From assembly GCA_025361145.1 (NCBI GenBank), contig JANYAV010000022.1, forward strand, positions 3,598 to 67,597: a stretch of 64,000 bases of DNA, given 5' to 3'. This document shows, piece by piece, positions 42,941-52,921 of the stretch. The notes under the pieces were generated by a model that saw nothing but the letters and a program-made list of their open reading frames with translations, did not search any database and was not told the DNA's origin. Source of the DNA: Dehalococcoidia bacterium (GTDB taxonomy: Bacteria; Chloroflexota; Dehalococcoidia; Dehalococcoidales; UBA3254). Positions within the stretch are counted from its first letter, which is position 1, and each line of letters starts with the position of its first letter. The translations under genes and the position numbers were made by a program.

Positions 42941-43552
42941 TTAAAACTCCTGGCGACCTTCCAGAGCTCTGCTCAAAGTCACGTCATCGGCATATTCCAG
43001 TTCGGAGCCGAAAGGCAGACCGCGGGCCAGACGGGTGACCTTGATACCCAAAGGCGAAATGACGTGATGCAAATAGAGAGCAGTTTGCTCACCTTCCAGA
43101 TTGGTATTGGTAGCCAGAATGATCTCGGTGATGGTTTCGTTTTTCAAACGATCCAGAAACTCATTGATCCGCAGATCATCCGGGCGTATGCCATCTCCGG
43201 GCGACAGAGCGCCATGAAGGACATGATAAAGCCCATTGTATTTGTGGGTATGTTCCAGAGCCAGAATATCTTGAGGTTGTTCCACAATACAGATCTTGGT
43301 GCGGTCACGGGGTTCACTGGCGCAGATGGAGCAGATCTCAGTCTCAGAGATATTGGAACAAATAGAGCACATTTTATTTTTTTGTTTAACCTGAATGACA
43401 GCCTCAGCCAGCGCCTGGTTTTGCATCTCGTCCGCGCGTAAAAGGTAGTAGGCAATGCGCTGAGCGCTTTTAGGCCCGATACCGGGCAATTTATTTAATT
43501 GCTCGATTAATTTCCCGACTGATTCTGTTGTTTTAGAAGCTTCCAGACTCAA
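42941..43552 (-). CDS. recR: recombination protein RecR
   Basis: HhH ([13 protein letters not shown]), a C4 zinc finger (CSICSN..CSIC) and a Toprim region. Confidence 0.95.
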   Translation of the reverse strand: MSLEASKTTESVGKLIEQLNKLPGIGPKSAQRIAYYLLRADEMQNQALAEAVIQVKQKNKMCSICSNISETEICSICASEPRDRTKICIVEQPQDILALEHTHKYNGLYHVLHGALSPGDGIRPDDLRINEFLDRLKNETITEIILATNTNLEGEQTALYLHHVISPLGIKVTRLARGLPFGSELEYADDVTLSRALEGRQEF

Positions 43553-43565
43553 AGCATTCTCCTGG

Positions 43566-43862
43566 TTACATTAGACCCGGAATCTTGATTCCCCCGGTTA
43601 GCCCGCCCATTTTGGCAGAGGCAGCTTCTTGCGATTTATTAATAGCTTCAGTGACCGCGGAAAGGACCAGGTCTTCCAGCATTTCTAATTCTTGGGGGTT
43701 CACTACTTCTTTGTTTATCTTGATGGATTTGATTTTTTGCTGTCCGTTAACAACGACCTTGACAGCGCCCCCACCGGAACTAACCTCTATCTCCACGGCT
43801 TCAAGCTCTTGCTGGGCTTTGGCTAACCTGGCCTGAAGCTGCTGGATCATGTTTCTGTTCAT
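43566..43862 (-). CDS. ybaB: YbaB/EbfC nucleoid-associated protein
   Basis: 98 aa, located between dnaX and recR, with a typical sequence. Confidence 0.9.
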   Translation of the reverse strand: MNRNMIQQLQARLAKAQQELEAVEIEVSSGGGAVKVVVNGQQKIKSIKINKEVVNPQELEMLEDLVLSAVTEAINKSQEAASAKMGGLTGGIKIPGLM

Positions 43863-45559
43863 TTTTCCTCCACACTGGTAATCTGAGCACCTGATTTCAG
43901 GGCAGCTTTCACCAGATGATTATTTTCAATTTCGCAAATACAGCGTACCTTGCAAGTATGACCAAGATAACCGCCAAGTATTTTCTCAACTACCTGAAGG
44001 TATTCCGGTTTTTCCAGGTTATCTTTGTGAATGGCGTATTTCAAAGAGATTACTACAGTCTCATTTTCAATAGAAACCGGTTTGGAACCCCCACTACGAA
44101 GGAGTGCTGCCGCATTAGTTTTTTTAAGATTGGCCGGCAGGTTTTCCAGAATGTGCTTCCAATTTAACCTTAAGCGTTCGATTTCACTGGCCAGAGTTGG
44201 GGAAGCTGCCGGATTTTCTCTGGCTAGCGGAGCCTCTTTCTGGTTGGTTATTTCAGCCTGCGCCTCAGGTGTAATCCCCGGCTGTTCCGATTCCGCCCCG
44301 GCAGCCCTTTTAAGCGTGGCAGCGGGTTTGGTAAGGTTTTCGGGATTAGCTGTGATTGGGATTCTGCAGGTTTCTACATTAGCAGCTAAAGGTTTTAGGC
44401 TTTCAGCCACGGATTTAGCTGGTGTAGTTTTGGCTGAACTTTGAACAACTGTGGATGGTTTTTCGGCCGGGAGTGTTGGGGCTGAGGCCAGATAAGAGTC
44501 TACCAGTGCCAGTTCAAGGGGCAGAGCCGAATTTTCAGTGGTGCCCAGATCAACTTGCCCGAATAATTTCACAGCGTTTAAAATTTGTGCTAGAGAGGCT
44601 TTGCCAGCCAGCTCTTTTAATTCTGAGATATCTTCAGCTGTCAAATCTACTGCATCAGCCGCTCCGGTTTTTACCAGAAGAAGGCCACGTAAATATTCCA
44701 CCAATTCCCGGTTAAATTGGCGCAGGTCCAGACCATCGTTACTAACGCTGTTGAGAGCGGCCATCCCCGCGGAAAGGTCGTTAGCTATGAGGTGTTTGAC
44801 GATTTCCCGCCCACGCGAATCACCGGTGATGCCCAGCATGGATTGCACCTGCTGAAAAGTGATATCAGAGCCAAAAAAGGTGGTCAATTGTTCCAGTAAA
44901 TTATAAGCGTCCCTCAGACTACCGGTGCTGCTTTTTGCAATTAATTGCAGGGCTTGCGCATCAATGTTTATTTTTTCCGCTGCGCTGACTTTGGTAAGTT
45001 GCCCGATAACATCTGATCGTCCCAGACGGTGGAATTCGAAGTGCTGGCAGCGCGAGAGGATAGTAGCCAGTACTTTGTGTGCTTCGGTAGTAGCCAGAAT
45101 GAAAATCACATGTGGGGGTGGTTCCTCCAGAGTCTTGAGCAGGGCATTGGAGGCATCTTTACTAAGCATGTGGAATTCATCGATGATATAGACTTTACGG
45201 CGGGCTTGCGTGGGAGCGTAGTTTACTTTTTCTCGCAAATCGCGGATATCATCGATCCCGCGGTTGCTGGCAGCGTCTATCTCAATGACATCCATGGCGC
45301 GGTCTTCGGTGATGGCCCGGCACATCTCACAGGTATTGCAGGGTTCGCCGCGGCCGTTGTTGGTTAAGCAGTTGACGGCTTTAGCTAAAATACGAGCGGT
45401 GCTGGTTTTGCCTGTGCCACGGGGTCCGCAGAAGAGATAAGCATGAGAGATACTGCCATTTTTAAGGGCATTAAGCAGCGTCTGAGTAACATGGGGTTGC
45501 CCGACCAGCTCAGCTAGATTTTGAGAACGCCATTTGCGGTAAAAAACTTGAGATGCCAT
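43859..45559 (-). CDS. dnaX: DNA polymerase III subunit gamma/tau
   Basis: GPRGTGKTS Walker A, a zinc module (CNTCEMC) and the SRC motif. Confidence 0.95.
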   Translation of the reverse strand: MASQVFYRKWRSQNLAELVGQPHVTQTLLNALKNGSISHAYLFCGPRGTGKTSTARILAKAVNCLTNNGRGEPCNTCEMCRAITEDRAMDVIEIDAASNRGIDDIRDLREKVNYAPTQARRKVYIIDEFHMLSKDASNALLKTLEEPPPHVIFILATTEAHKVLATILSRCQHFEFHRLGRSDVIGQLTKVSAAEKINIDAQALQLIAKSSTGSLRDAYNLLEQLTTFFGSDITFQQVQSMLGITGDSRGREIVKHLIANDLSAGMAALNSVSNDGLDLRQFNRELVEYLRGLLLVKTGAADAVDLTAEDISELKELAGKASLAQILNAVKLFGQVDLGTTENSALPLELALVDSYLASAPTLPAEKPSTVVQSSAKTTPAKSVAESLKPLAANVETCRIPITANPENLTKPAATLKRAAGAESEQPGITPEAQAEITNQKEAPLARENPAASPTLASEIERLRLNWKHILENLPANLKKTNAAALLRSGGSKPVSIENETVVISLKYAIHKDNLEKPEYLQVVEKILGGYLGHTCKVRCICEIENNHLVKAALKSGAQITSVEEK

Positions 45560-45609
45560 AAAATCTCTTTAATTATACTATATCGCCCATAGTTTCCATA
45601 GATTAGAGT

Positions 45610-46698
45610 TTATTTGGTTGCACACCGGGCTTTCAGGCTCTCAATTAACTGGTCGTAGGCCTGTACAAAAGCCACTACTCCTTCAGTAAGCAGTTGATCG
45701 GTCACAGAATCCAGGTTGATATCAAACTTCTTTAAGTCGGCCAGGATTATTTCGGCGCCAGCTACGTTTTCGGTGACGGAGGGTCGCACTTTACCGTGGT
45801 CCAAAAAGGCTTTTAAAGTGGGGAGTGGAATTGTATTAATGGTATTCTTACCAATGATTTCTTCAACGTAAAGAACATCTGAATAGCGGGGATTTTTAGT
45901 GCCAGTGCTGCCCCAGACCAGTTTCTGGACCCTGGCGCCGCGTTGCAGCTGCGCGGCAAAGGCTTCTCCGTAGAAGATTTCATTAAAGCTGCGGTAGATC
46001 ATCTTGCAGCAAGCCACGGCGGTTTTCCCCCGGAGCGCCAGAGCATCGGGATTGCCCGTTTTTTCCAGAAGCTTGTCAATGGCGGTATCGATACGGCTGA
46101 CGAAGTAGGAAGCTACCGAAGCCACTTTAGCAGGCTGAGGGTTTTTAGCCAGACCGCGTATATAAGCTTGAGCGACGGCATTATATTGCGGAAGAGAAAA
46201 GATTAAAGTGACATTGACATTAATACCTTCAGCGGTCAAGGTTTCGACGGCCGGGATGCCTTCGGGGGTAGCCGGGACTTTGATCATCAGATTGGGTTTG
46301 CCTACGGCTTTCCAGAGTTTGCGGGCTTCCTCCACGGTTTGCACTGTTGAAGCGGACAGGCGGGGAGAAACCTCCAGACTGACAAAACCATCAGTGCCAG
46401 CGGAAGATCGATAAACGGGCAGTAAGTCATCGGCCGCCGCTTGAATAGTATGGATTGCCATTTTTTCGTATAGCCCTTCGACATTCAGATCGGGGAAGGT
46501 CTTCCTGGTGCGCGCGATAGGCTCATCATAGGCGCTAGGTTCGCACATGGCTTTCTGGAAAATGCTGGGGTTGCTAGTCACGCCGGTTACGCCTTGATCA
46601 ATAAATTGCTTAAGTTCGCCGCTACTAATAAGGTCCCGGCTGATGAAGTCCAACCAGACTGATGCGCCCTGCTTTTGAAGTAATTGTATTGAATTCAA
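45610..46698 (-). CDS. tal: transaldolase (long form)
   Basis: Motifs WLDFISR and GVTSNPSIF. 362 aa. Confidence 0.85.
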   Translation of the reverse strand: MNSIQLLQKQGASVWLDFISRDLISSGELKQFIDQGVTGVTSNPSIFQKAMCEPSAYDEPIARTRKTFPDLNVEGLYEKMAIHTIQAAADDLLPVYRSSAGTDGFVSLEVSPRLSASTVQTVEEARKLWKAVGKPNLMIKVPATPEGIPAVETLTAEGINVNVTLIFSLPQYNAVAQAYIRGLAKNPQPAKVASVASYFVSRIDTAIDKLLEKTGNPDALALRGKTAVACCKMIYRSFNEIFYGEAFAAQLQRGARVQKLVWGSTGTKNPRYSDVLYVEEIIGKNTINTIPLPTLKAFLDHGKVRPSVTENVAGAEIILADLKKFDINLDSVTDQLLTEGVVAFVQAYDQLIESLKARCATK

Positions 46699-46743
46699 AA
46701 TTGCCTCCCAAAAGATAAATAATAATTGAAGTTTGTTTTTAAT

Positions 46744-47715
46744 TTATTTTATTAATTGTCTTGCCAGTGCCGCGGCCCCAATCACTCCCGCCTGGTTGCC
46801 CAGCGCAGCGATAGAAATACGCAGGTCTTTGACCGGGGTCGGTAGGGCCAGGGAGCGGACGCTCTTTTCAGCTAGAACAACCAGATCAGGGATTCCCTGA
46901 ATAACGCTGCCGCCTAATATGATCAATTGCGGATTAAAAGCATTGACGATACTGACCAGACCGGCGGCCAGATAACGAGCGGTACTCTGGACTAATTTCC
47001 GGGCTAAAGGATCGCCTTTAGTGTAAGCCTGGGACAGGGTAATGGCACTGATATTTTCAAACTTTCCGGCTATTTTAGTTAAGGTTTTACCTGCGGTAAC
47101 ATTGGCCTTAACAGCATCTTGAGCACGCTCGGCGATAGCCCAGCCGCCGCAGTAAGCCTCCAGACAGCCTTTATTGGCACAGTGACACTGTCTGCCTCCG
47201 GCTATCACGGTCATATGGCCCAGCTCGCCGGCTGTATTGGTTTGACCTTCCAAAAGGCGGCCTCCGCTGACTACTCCTCCTCCCACTCCTGTGCCCACGA
47301 ACAAGCAGACCAGATCGTTAAGACCCTGACCCGCGCCGTGCTGCCACTCTCCCCAGGTAATCATGCGGACATCATTATTAAGGGTAACCGGGATTTGAAG
47401 CGCAGAGTTCAACGCAGCCCCGAGAGCAACATCTTTCCAATTTGGTAGATTAGGCGAGGAGCGCACGACACCATTGGTTTTATCGATCTGTCCGGCAACT
47501 CCTACCCCCATCGCCGAAGCAGTTTTTCCCGATTCGCTGTAACAGAATTGGACTGAATCTATAATATCCTGAACGGTTTGGGAGGGGTTTTGGGGATTTA
47601 TAAGGCGGTGTTGAGAGGCCAGAATAACGCCAGAGGCGTCTACCAAAGCGGTCTCGATTTTAGTTCCACCGATATCGACACCCAGGGTATATTTTTGGCT
47701 TATATCAAGAGGCAT
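46744..47715 (-). CDS. glk: ROK family glucokinase
   Basis: DIGGTK N-terminal motif and the ROK zinc motif (CHCANKGCLEAYC). Confidence 0.85.
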   Translation of the reverse strand: MPLDISQKYTLGVDIGGTKIETALVDASGVILASQHRLINPQNPSQTVQDIIDSVQFCYSESGKTASAMGVGVAGQIDKTNGVVRSSPNLPNWKDVALGAALNSALQIPVTLNNDVRMITWGEWQHGAGQGLNDLVCLFVGTGVGGGVVSGGRLLEGQTNTAGELGHMTVIAGGRQCHCANKGCLEAYCGGWAIAERAQDAVKANVTAGKTLTKIAGKFENISAITLSQAYTKGDPLARKLVQSTARYLAAGLVSIVNAFNPQLIILGGSVIQGIPDLVVLAEKSVRSLALPTPVKDLRISIAALGNQAGVIGAAALARQLIK

Positions 47716-47836
47716 GGGGTTGCAAAATCTCCCAATTCTAATCTAAAATTCGCTCCTCTTTATAATAGCTCTTAACAAGCCGCTTGACCAGTGTGGCCAA
47801 ACCACGATACTCTCTTTTTCTCCTAGAGCTTGAAGC

Positions 47837-47844
47837 TGTATAAT
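47837..47844 (+). promoter_or_regulatory. TG-TATAAT element 6 nt upstream of the czcD ATG
   Basis: TATAAT at 47839-47844 preceded by TG. The ATG is at 47851 with no SD. Confidence 0.4.
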
Positions 47845-47850
47845 ATACCA

Positions 47851-48804
47851 ATGGAACATAACCATGAGCACGCGGCGCCCGCAGGCAGAAAGTTACTCTA
47901 CGGTATCGTTCTTAGCATAACTATCCTGATCGTGGAAATTATCGGCGGTCTGGCTTCCCATAGTTTGGCTTTGCTGAGCGACGCCGGTCACGTGTTAACG
48001 GATATTATCGCTCTAGCATTGTCCTGGTATGGGGTAAGACAGGCAACCCGCCCAGCCAATCACCGAATGACCTTCGGCTACCACAGGGTGGGGGTCATAA
48101 TCGCAATTGTAAATGCGCTAAGCATTTTCGCCATTGCCGGGTTTATCCTCTATGAAGCCTATCAGCGCTTTCAGCAAGTGCAGGTGGTCAATTCCCCATT
48201 AATGATGGGAATAGCGGTGATCGGCCTGGCAGCTAATGTGGTAGTTGTCCTTTGGCTGCGCAGCGAACAGAAAGACAATATCAACGTACGGAGCGCCTTC
48301 TGGCATGCTCTGGGTGATGCTCTGGCTTCCATCGGAGTTATAATCGGCGGTTTAGTGATATTATTGACCGGACAGTATTGGGTAGATCCTCTGGTCAGCG
48401 TTATTATTAGCCTCATCATTCTTGCCTCCGTCTGGAGCATTCTGCGCGAGGGTTTTCATGTTCTTCTCGAAGCAACCCCCAAGGATGTGGATGTACAGGC
48501 TATGATCAAAACCATAAAAAAAATCGCCGGCGTTAAGGACATACATGACGTGCATGTCTGGAGCATCTCGTCCAACCTGCGTGCCATGAACGGGCATATT
48601 CTGATTGATGATATCTCAACCAGTCAGGCCGCTAAAATACGAGCGGAGATCGAAGAGGTGGTGCGGGAGAAGTACAAGGTAGGCCACACTACGCTGCAAC
48701 TGGAATGTGAAACTTGCGATTCAACAGACTCCTTCTGTAATTTGAAGCAGGGAGAGCCGCACGATGAAGATGAGAGCCCTGAAAACACAAATAAAAAACA
48801 ATAA
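47851..48804 (+). CDS. czcD: cation diffusion facilitator (CzcD/ZitB-like) metal exporter
   Basis: His-rich N-terminus MEHNHEH, six TM segments and the metal sites HSLALLSDAGH and HALGD. I prefer the ATG at 47851 because a TATAAT box lies inside the longer ORF-track start. Confidence 0.85.
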   Translation: MEHNHEHAAPAGRKLLYGIVLSITILIVEIIGGLASHSLALLSDAGHVLTDIIALALSWYGVRQATRPANHRMTFGYHRVGVIIAIVNALSIFAIAGFILYEAYQRFQQVQVVNSPLMMGIAVIGLAANVVVVLWLRSEQKDNINVRSAFWHALGDALASIGVIIGGLVILLTGQYWVDPLVSVIISLIILASVWSILREGFHVLLEATPKDVDVQAMIKTIKKIAGVKDIHDVHVWSISSNLRAMNGHILIDDISTSQAAKIRAEIEEVVREKYKVGHTTLQLECETCDSTDSFCNLKQGEPHDEDESPENTNKKQ

Positions 48805-48830
48805 ACAATAAACAAGAAACAAGAAACAAA
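48796..48830. repeat. five perfect-period heptamers AAACAAK
   Basis: AAACAAT AAACAAT AAACAAG AAACAAG AAACAAA. The C residues fall at 48799, 48806, 48813, 48820 and 48827. The repeat spans the czcD stop codon and the czcD/glgB convergent spacer. Confidence 0.85.
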
Positions 48831-48842
48831 TATGGATATTAT

Positions 48843-50783
48843 TCAGGCGTGCTTAAGGAACAATATTCCCAGGGGCGGTAAAGTCAGGTTGAGCGAGTAA
48901 GGTTGGCGGTGAAAGTGCTTAGATTCAGCCGTTAGCCTCCCCAGATTACCGCAACCGCTGCCACCGTATTCCTTCGCATCGCTGTTCAGAATTTCCAGCC
49001 ATTCCCCGTAGTGGGGTACACCAATTCGATAGTTTATACGCGGGACTGGAGTAAAGTTACAGACAACCAATATGGTATCATTAACCGTTTGGCTGCGGCG
49101 GATGAAGCTGATTGTGCTGTGCTCGACATCTGAAAGGTCAACCCACTTGAAACCGGCGTGGTCGCAGTCCAGTTCATGGAGGGCTTTTTCCTCACGGTAG
49201 ACGCGATTAAGATCGGCTGTCCATTGCTGCAGGCCTACATGCGGAGCGTAATTCAGCAGATCCCATTCGAGGCTTTGGTCATGGTTCCATTCCCGCCACT
49301 GACCGAATTCGCCGCCCATGAAAAGCAGTTTCTTGCCGGGTTGCGCGAACAAATAACCCAATAATAAGCGCAAATTGGCGATTTTATGTTCGTCCCGGTC
49401 TGGCATTTTGGACAACAAAGAGGACTTGCCGTGGACGACCTCATCGTGAGAGAGGGGCATGACGAAATTCTCCGAGAAGGCATACAAAAAGCGGAAGGTC
49501 AGTTTATTCTGATCATATTTGCGGTAGAGGGGGTCGATAGAGAAATATTTGAGGGTGTCATGCATCCAACCCATGTCCCATTTCAGTCCGAAACCCAAAC
49601 CGCCAACATAAGTAGGACGAGAGACCATCGGCCAGGAGGTAGACTCTTCGGCGATAGTCTGTACGTCGGGATAGTTTAAATAGACCTGTTGATTGAAACT
49701 TTTAAGAAAATCCATAGCCTCCAGGTTCTCACGACCTCCAAACTTATTGGGTATCCACTCGCCCTCTTTGCGGGAATAGTCCAGGTAAAGCATTGAGGCT
49801 ACAGCATCCACCCTTAGACCATCAGCGTGGTATTTATCCAGCCAGTATAGCGCGCTGGAGATTAAAAAAGCCTGGACCTCTTTTCTGCCGTAGTTGAAAA
49901 TAAGACTATCCCAGTCCGGATGCAGCCCCAGACGGGGATCGGCATGTTCGAAAAGATGGGTGCCGTCAAAGAAGCTAAGGCCGTGTTCATCATCCGGGAA
50001 ATGGGAAGGCACCCAGTCCAGAATCACGCCGATGCCTTTTTGATGAAGATAATCCACCAGATACATGAAGTCCTGGGGAGTGCCGAAACGGCTGGTGGGC
50101 GCGAAGTAACCCGTTATCTGGTAACCCCAGGAGCCAGTGAAAGGATGTTCCATGATAGGCATGAATTCGATGTGGGTAAAACCTAATTTTAAAACATATT
50201 CAGCCAATTTGGGGGCCAGCTCGCGATAGGTTAGCGCCCGGTTATTCTCCTCCGGCACACGCATCCAGGAACCGATGTGGACTTCATAAATCGAGATGGG
50301 AGAAGTCAAGGAATTCACAGCCTTGCGCGAGGCCATCCAAGCCTGGTCCTCCCAGAAGTAGTCAGTATCCCAGACTATGGAGGCGGTGCGCGGAGACTGT
50401 TCGCTATATATACCCAGAGGGTCTGTTTTATCTACGGTATAGCTATTATATTTCGATTCGATATGATATTTATAAAGAGCACCTTTGGCTGCCCCGGCAA
50501 CGAAGCCCTCCCAAATACCGGAGCGCTGGCAGGGTTTTAAGGGATGACTGTCTTTGTTCCAGTTGTTGAAGTCCCCGATCACACTCACCCGCTCGGCATT
50601 AGGCGCCCAGACCGCGAAGAAGGCGCCATCTTTATGCAGATGCGCTCCCAGTTTTTCATAGAGCCGGAAATGCCGGCCTTCATTAAAAAGGTGGAGGTCG
50701 TCACGGCTGATCAGACTGAAATTACCCTGGTCTTCGGGTGCCGGTTGGTTCGGTTGACTTGCGGGTTTTTTACGCGGTGTCAT
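48843..50783 (-). CDS. glgB: 1,4-alpha-glucan branching enzyme
   Basis: GH13 catalytic signatures ([21 protein letters not shown]). 646 aa. Confidence 0.9.
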   Translation of the reverse strand: MTPRKKPASQPNQPAPEDQGNFSLISRDDLHLFNEGRHFRLYEKLGAHLHKDGAFFAVWAPNAERVSVIGDFNNWNKDSHPLKPCQRSGIWEGFVAGAAKGALYKYHIESKYNSYTVDKTDPLGIYSEQSPRTASIVWDTDYFWEDQAWMASRKAVNSLTSPISIYEVHIGSWMRVPEENNRALTYRELAPKLAEYVLKLGFTHIEFMPIMEHPFTGSWGYQITGYFAPTSRFGTPQDFMYLVDYLHQKGIGVILDWVPSHFPDDEHGLSFFDGTHLFEHADPRLGLHPDWDSLIFNYGRKEVQAFLISSALYWLDKYHADGLRVDAVASMLYLDYSRKEGEWIPNKFGGRENLEAMDFLKSFNQQVYLNYPDVQTIAEESTSWPMVSRPTYVGGLGFGLKWDMGWMHDTLKYFSIDPLYRKYDQNKLTFRFLYAFSENFVMPLSHDEVVHGKSSLLSKMPDRDEHKIANLRLLLGYLFAQPGKKLLFMGGEFGQWREWNHDQSLEWDLLNYAPHVGLQQWTADLNRVYREEKALHELDCDHAGFKWVDLSDVEHSTISFIRRSQTVNDTILVVCNFTPVPRINYRIGVPHYGEWLEILNSDAKEYGGSGCGNLGRLTAESKHFHRQPYSLNLTLPPLGILFLKHA

Positions 50784-52891
50784 TTAGTGTGATTGACTCC
50801 TTTTCTGAGGTGAGTGATCTCACTAAGAAATTGATTAATATCTTTGTTCTTCTGCAGTTTTTCCAGAGATAAAGCAGTTTTGCGGGTCCAGTTCTGTTTA
50901 CGGAAAGTACCGGGCACATTTTGCGGTTTAGTCTCAAGCCAGAGGTCCTCCAGATTCAAGACCAGGGCATAAACCGGACTGGCAGCCAGCAGACACAGAA
51001 TAGCCTTCAAAGTGGCCTCAGTATCCTGTTCGAGATCATTGGACAAACCGCGGTATTGTAAAATACTGATTAATGTCTTTTTGACCTGCCGCCTTTGTTC
51101 CAGCTCTTTAGAGGCTTCGTCGGGATTTAAAAGCTTCATTTTTTGCCGTTCCAGGATGTCCTGTTCCTGCCAGAAGGCCGCGAAGGGGAACATATCATGG
51201 GTGTTTAAAGCGGCGGCAGCTTGAACAGGAATATTCCCCAACTGGTTCTCAGCGATCAACTCATATTGTCCGACAAAAGTGCGGAAGATGCCGTGTTTTT
51301 CCATCATCGGTCGTACTTCAGGAGGCACCATACCCAGATCCTCTCCAACGATGACGGAGTGGTGGCGCAGCGATTCAAGCGCTAGAATAGAGTAAAATTC
51401 ATCAGCTTTATAATTAACATAAACCCCCTCCGCTGCTGGAATGCCCTGCGGAATCCAGTAAAGCCGATGAAAATTCATTAGATGGTCGATGCGCAGCATT
51501 CCGGCCGCGGAAAACTGCTTGCGCAGGCCGTCGATAAAATAGCGGTAGCCCTGACGGCGGATGTTTTCAGGGTGGAGAGGAGGGAAGTCCCAGTTCTGGC
51601 CGTTGGTAAAGACGGGATCGGGCGGAGCGCCGGCGCTAGCCTCGCGGGCGAAAATATCAGGTTCCTTCCAAACATCATAGCTGTATGGGTGAATACCCAC
51701 CGGCATATCCAGGTAGAGATAGCTATTCATTTCTCCGGCTTTGCGGGTTAGATTAGCGAGCTGCATCTCAGTTAACCACTGCGTATACATAAAATAGCGG
51801 GCTGCCGATCCGGCATTATCAAATGCATCAGGGTGAATATTTAGGGCTTTTTCTGGCCACCTATTCCAATTAATACCGTATTTTTCACCGGCCTCGCGGA
51901 AGGCGGCATACTCAGCAAGCCTGGGGTTCTTTTTTACAAAATTAGCGAATTCACCAAAACGCGGCGGTTTTTCTTTAAAAAAACAGTCGGTCAGCGCTTC
52001 TAATACCTGCCGTTTTAGTTTCAATTGCTGCTCGTAATTTACATGGTTAGATGATCTCAGTTCATTCAGGTTTTTCTGGAAGTCCGTATTATTGAGCAGG
52101 GTCAAAGCCTGAGGACAGGCGGCCAATTCCGGTATGGTCTGCAAATCCAGATAAAACTCGTTCCAGAAAAAACGGCTGGCGGGTAAATAGGGCCCCGGCC
52201 CGAAGTCTTTATCGAAAAAACCGGCTAGGAGGGGGAGAGTTCCGACAAAGCGCCCGCCTTGCTTAAACGTCAATCTCAGTAGTTCATCCAAATCTGAAAA
52301 GTCGCCTGCTCCCCAACTCTGGTTGCTATGCAGGGCATAAAGGGGCGCAAAGAGTCCCCAGAGTTTTTGGTCAGAAGGCGGCTGAAAAGCTTTTAGAGGA
52401 GAGGAAATTACCAGCGCTTCCGCATTCTGTTCGGGTAGTTCCAGAACCAGGCGATGATACCCCATAGGCAACATACCCGGCAGATAGAGCCTGACGCTAA
52501 CATAGGGTTTACCGTCAATAGAAAGGGAGTGAATGATGGAGGACTCTTCAATCCGCCAGAGGAACTCGTGCTTCAGCCCATCTTCCAGGGTTAGGGTGGC
52601 TTTGACAGTGGCATTAAGATCAGAAGCAGCCAACTTCAAGTTGACAGTTAGAATTTCATTTTCCGTAACGACGTTGACAGGTTCCAGTGGTTGCAGCCAT
52701 TGCTGCCGCCGTTTTTCTTTAATCGCCGAGGAGACGTCTGCCAGATTGGCCAGAGGAGCGCCCAGGGATTTTAGCGCAGCCAGAAGGGACTCTGCGGAAG
52801 CCGACCTAGTCTGGTTAGTCATATCCAGATAGGCGGTTCTTATTCCGTATAGGTTAGCGAGAGTGTGTAATTGGGTTAATTCAGCGTGCAT
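50780..52891 (-). CDS. malQ: 4-alpha-glucanotransferase (amylomaltase) with N-terminal extension
   Basis: GH77-like core ([16 protein letters not shown]). 703 aa. The stop overlaps the glgB start by 4 nt. Confidence 0.85.
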   Translation of the reverse strand: MHAELTQLHTLANLYGIRTAYLDMTNQTRSASAESLLAALKSLGAPLANLADVSSAIKEKRRQQWLQPLEPVNVVTENEILTVNLKLAASDLNATVKATLTLEDGLKHEFLWRIEESSIIHSLSIDGKPYVSVRLYLPGMLPMGYHRLVLELPEQNAEALVISSPLKAFQPPSDQKLWGLFAPLYALHSNQSWGAGDFSDLDELLRLTFKQGGRFVGTLPLLAGFFDKDFGPGPYLPASRFFWNEFYLDLQTIPELAACPQALTLLNNTDFQKNLNELRSSNHVNYEQQLKLKRQVLEALTDCFFKEKPPRFGEFANFVKKNPRLAEYAAFREAGEKYGINWNRWPEKALNIHPDAFDNAGSAARYFMYTQWLTEMQLANLTRKAGEMNSYLYLDMPVGIHPYSYDVWKEPDIFAREASAGAPPDPVFTNGQNWDFPPLHPENIRRQGYRYFIDGLRKQFSAAGMLRIDHLMNFHRLYWIPQGIPAAEGVYVNYKADEFYSILALESLRHHSVIVGEDLGMVPPEVRPMMEKHGIFRTFVGQYELIAENQLGNIPVQAAAALNTHDMFPFAAFWQEQDILERQKMKLLNPDEASKELEQRRQVKKTLISILQYRGLSNDLEQDTEATLKAILCLLAASPVYALVLNLEDLWLETKPQNVPGTFRKQNWTRKTALSLEKLQKNKDINQFLSEITHLRKGVNHTK

Positions 52892-52921
52892 AAAGATCCC
52901 TTGATAAAATCATTCAGGACA

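Noticed and set aside
44110-44125. Run of seven A residues (CTT AAA AAA ACT) in dnaX as a possible gamma/tau programmed -1 frameshift site.
   Set aside because: The run starts on a codon boundary rather than in the A AAA AAG register. I saw no downstream stem-loop. The site is very near the C-terminus (about aa 480 of 566), so a shifted product would differ little.
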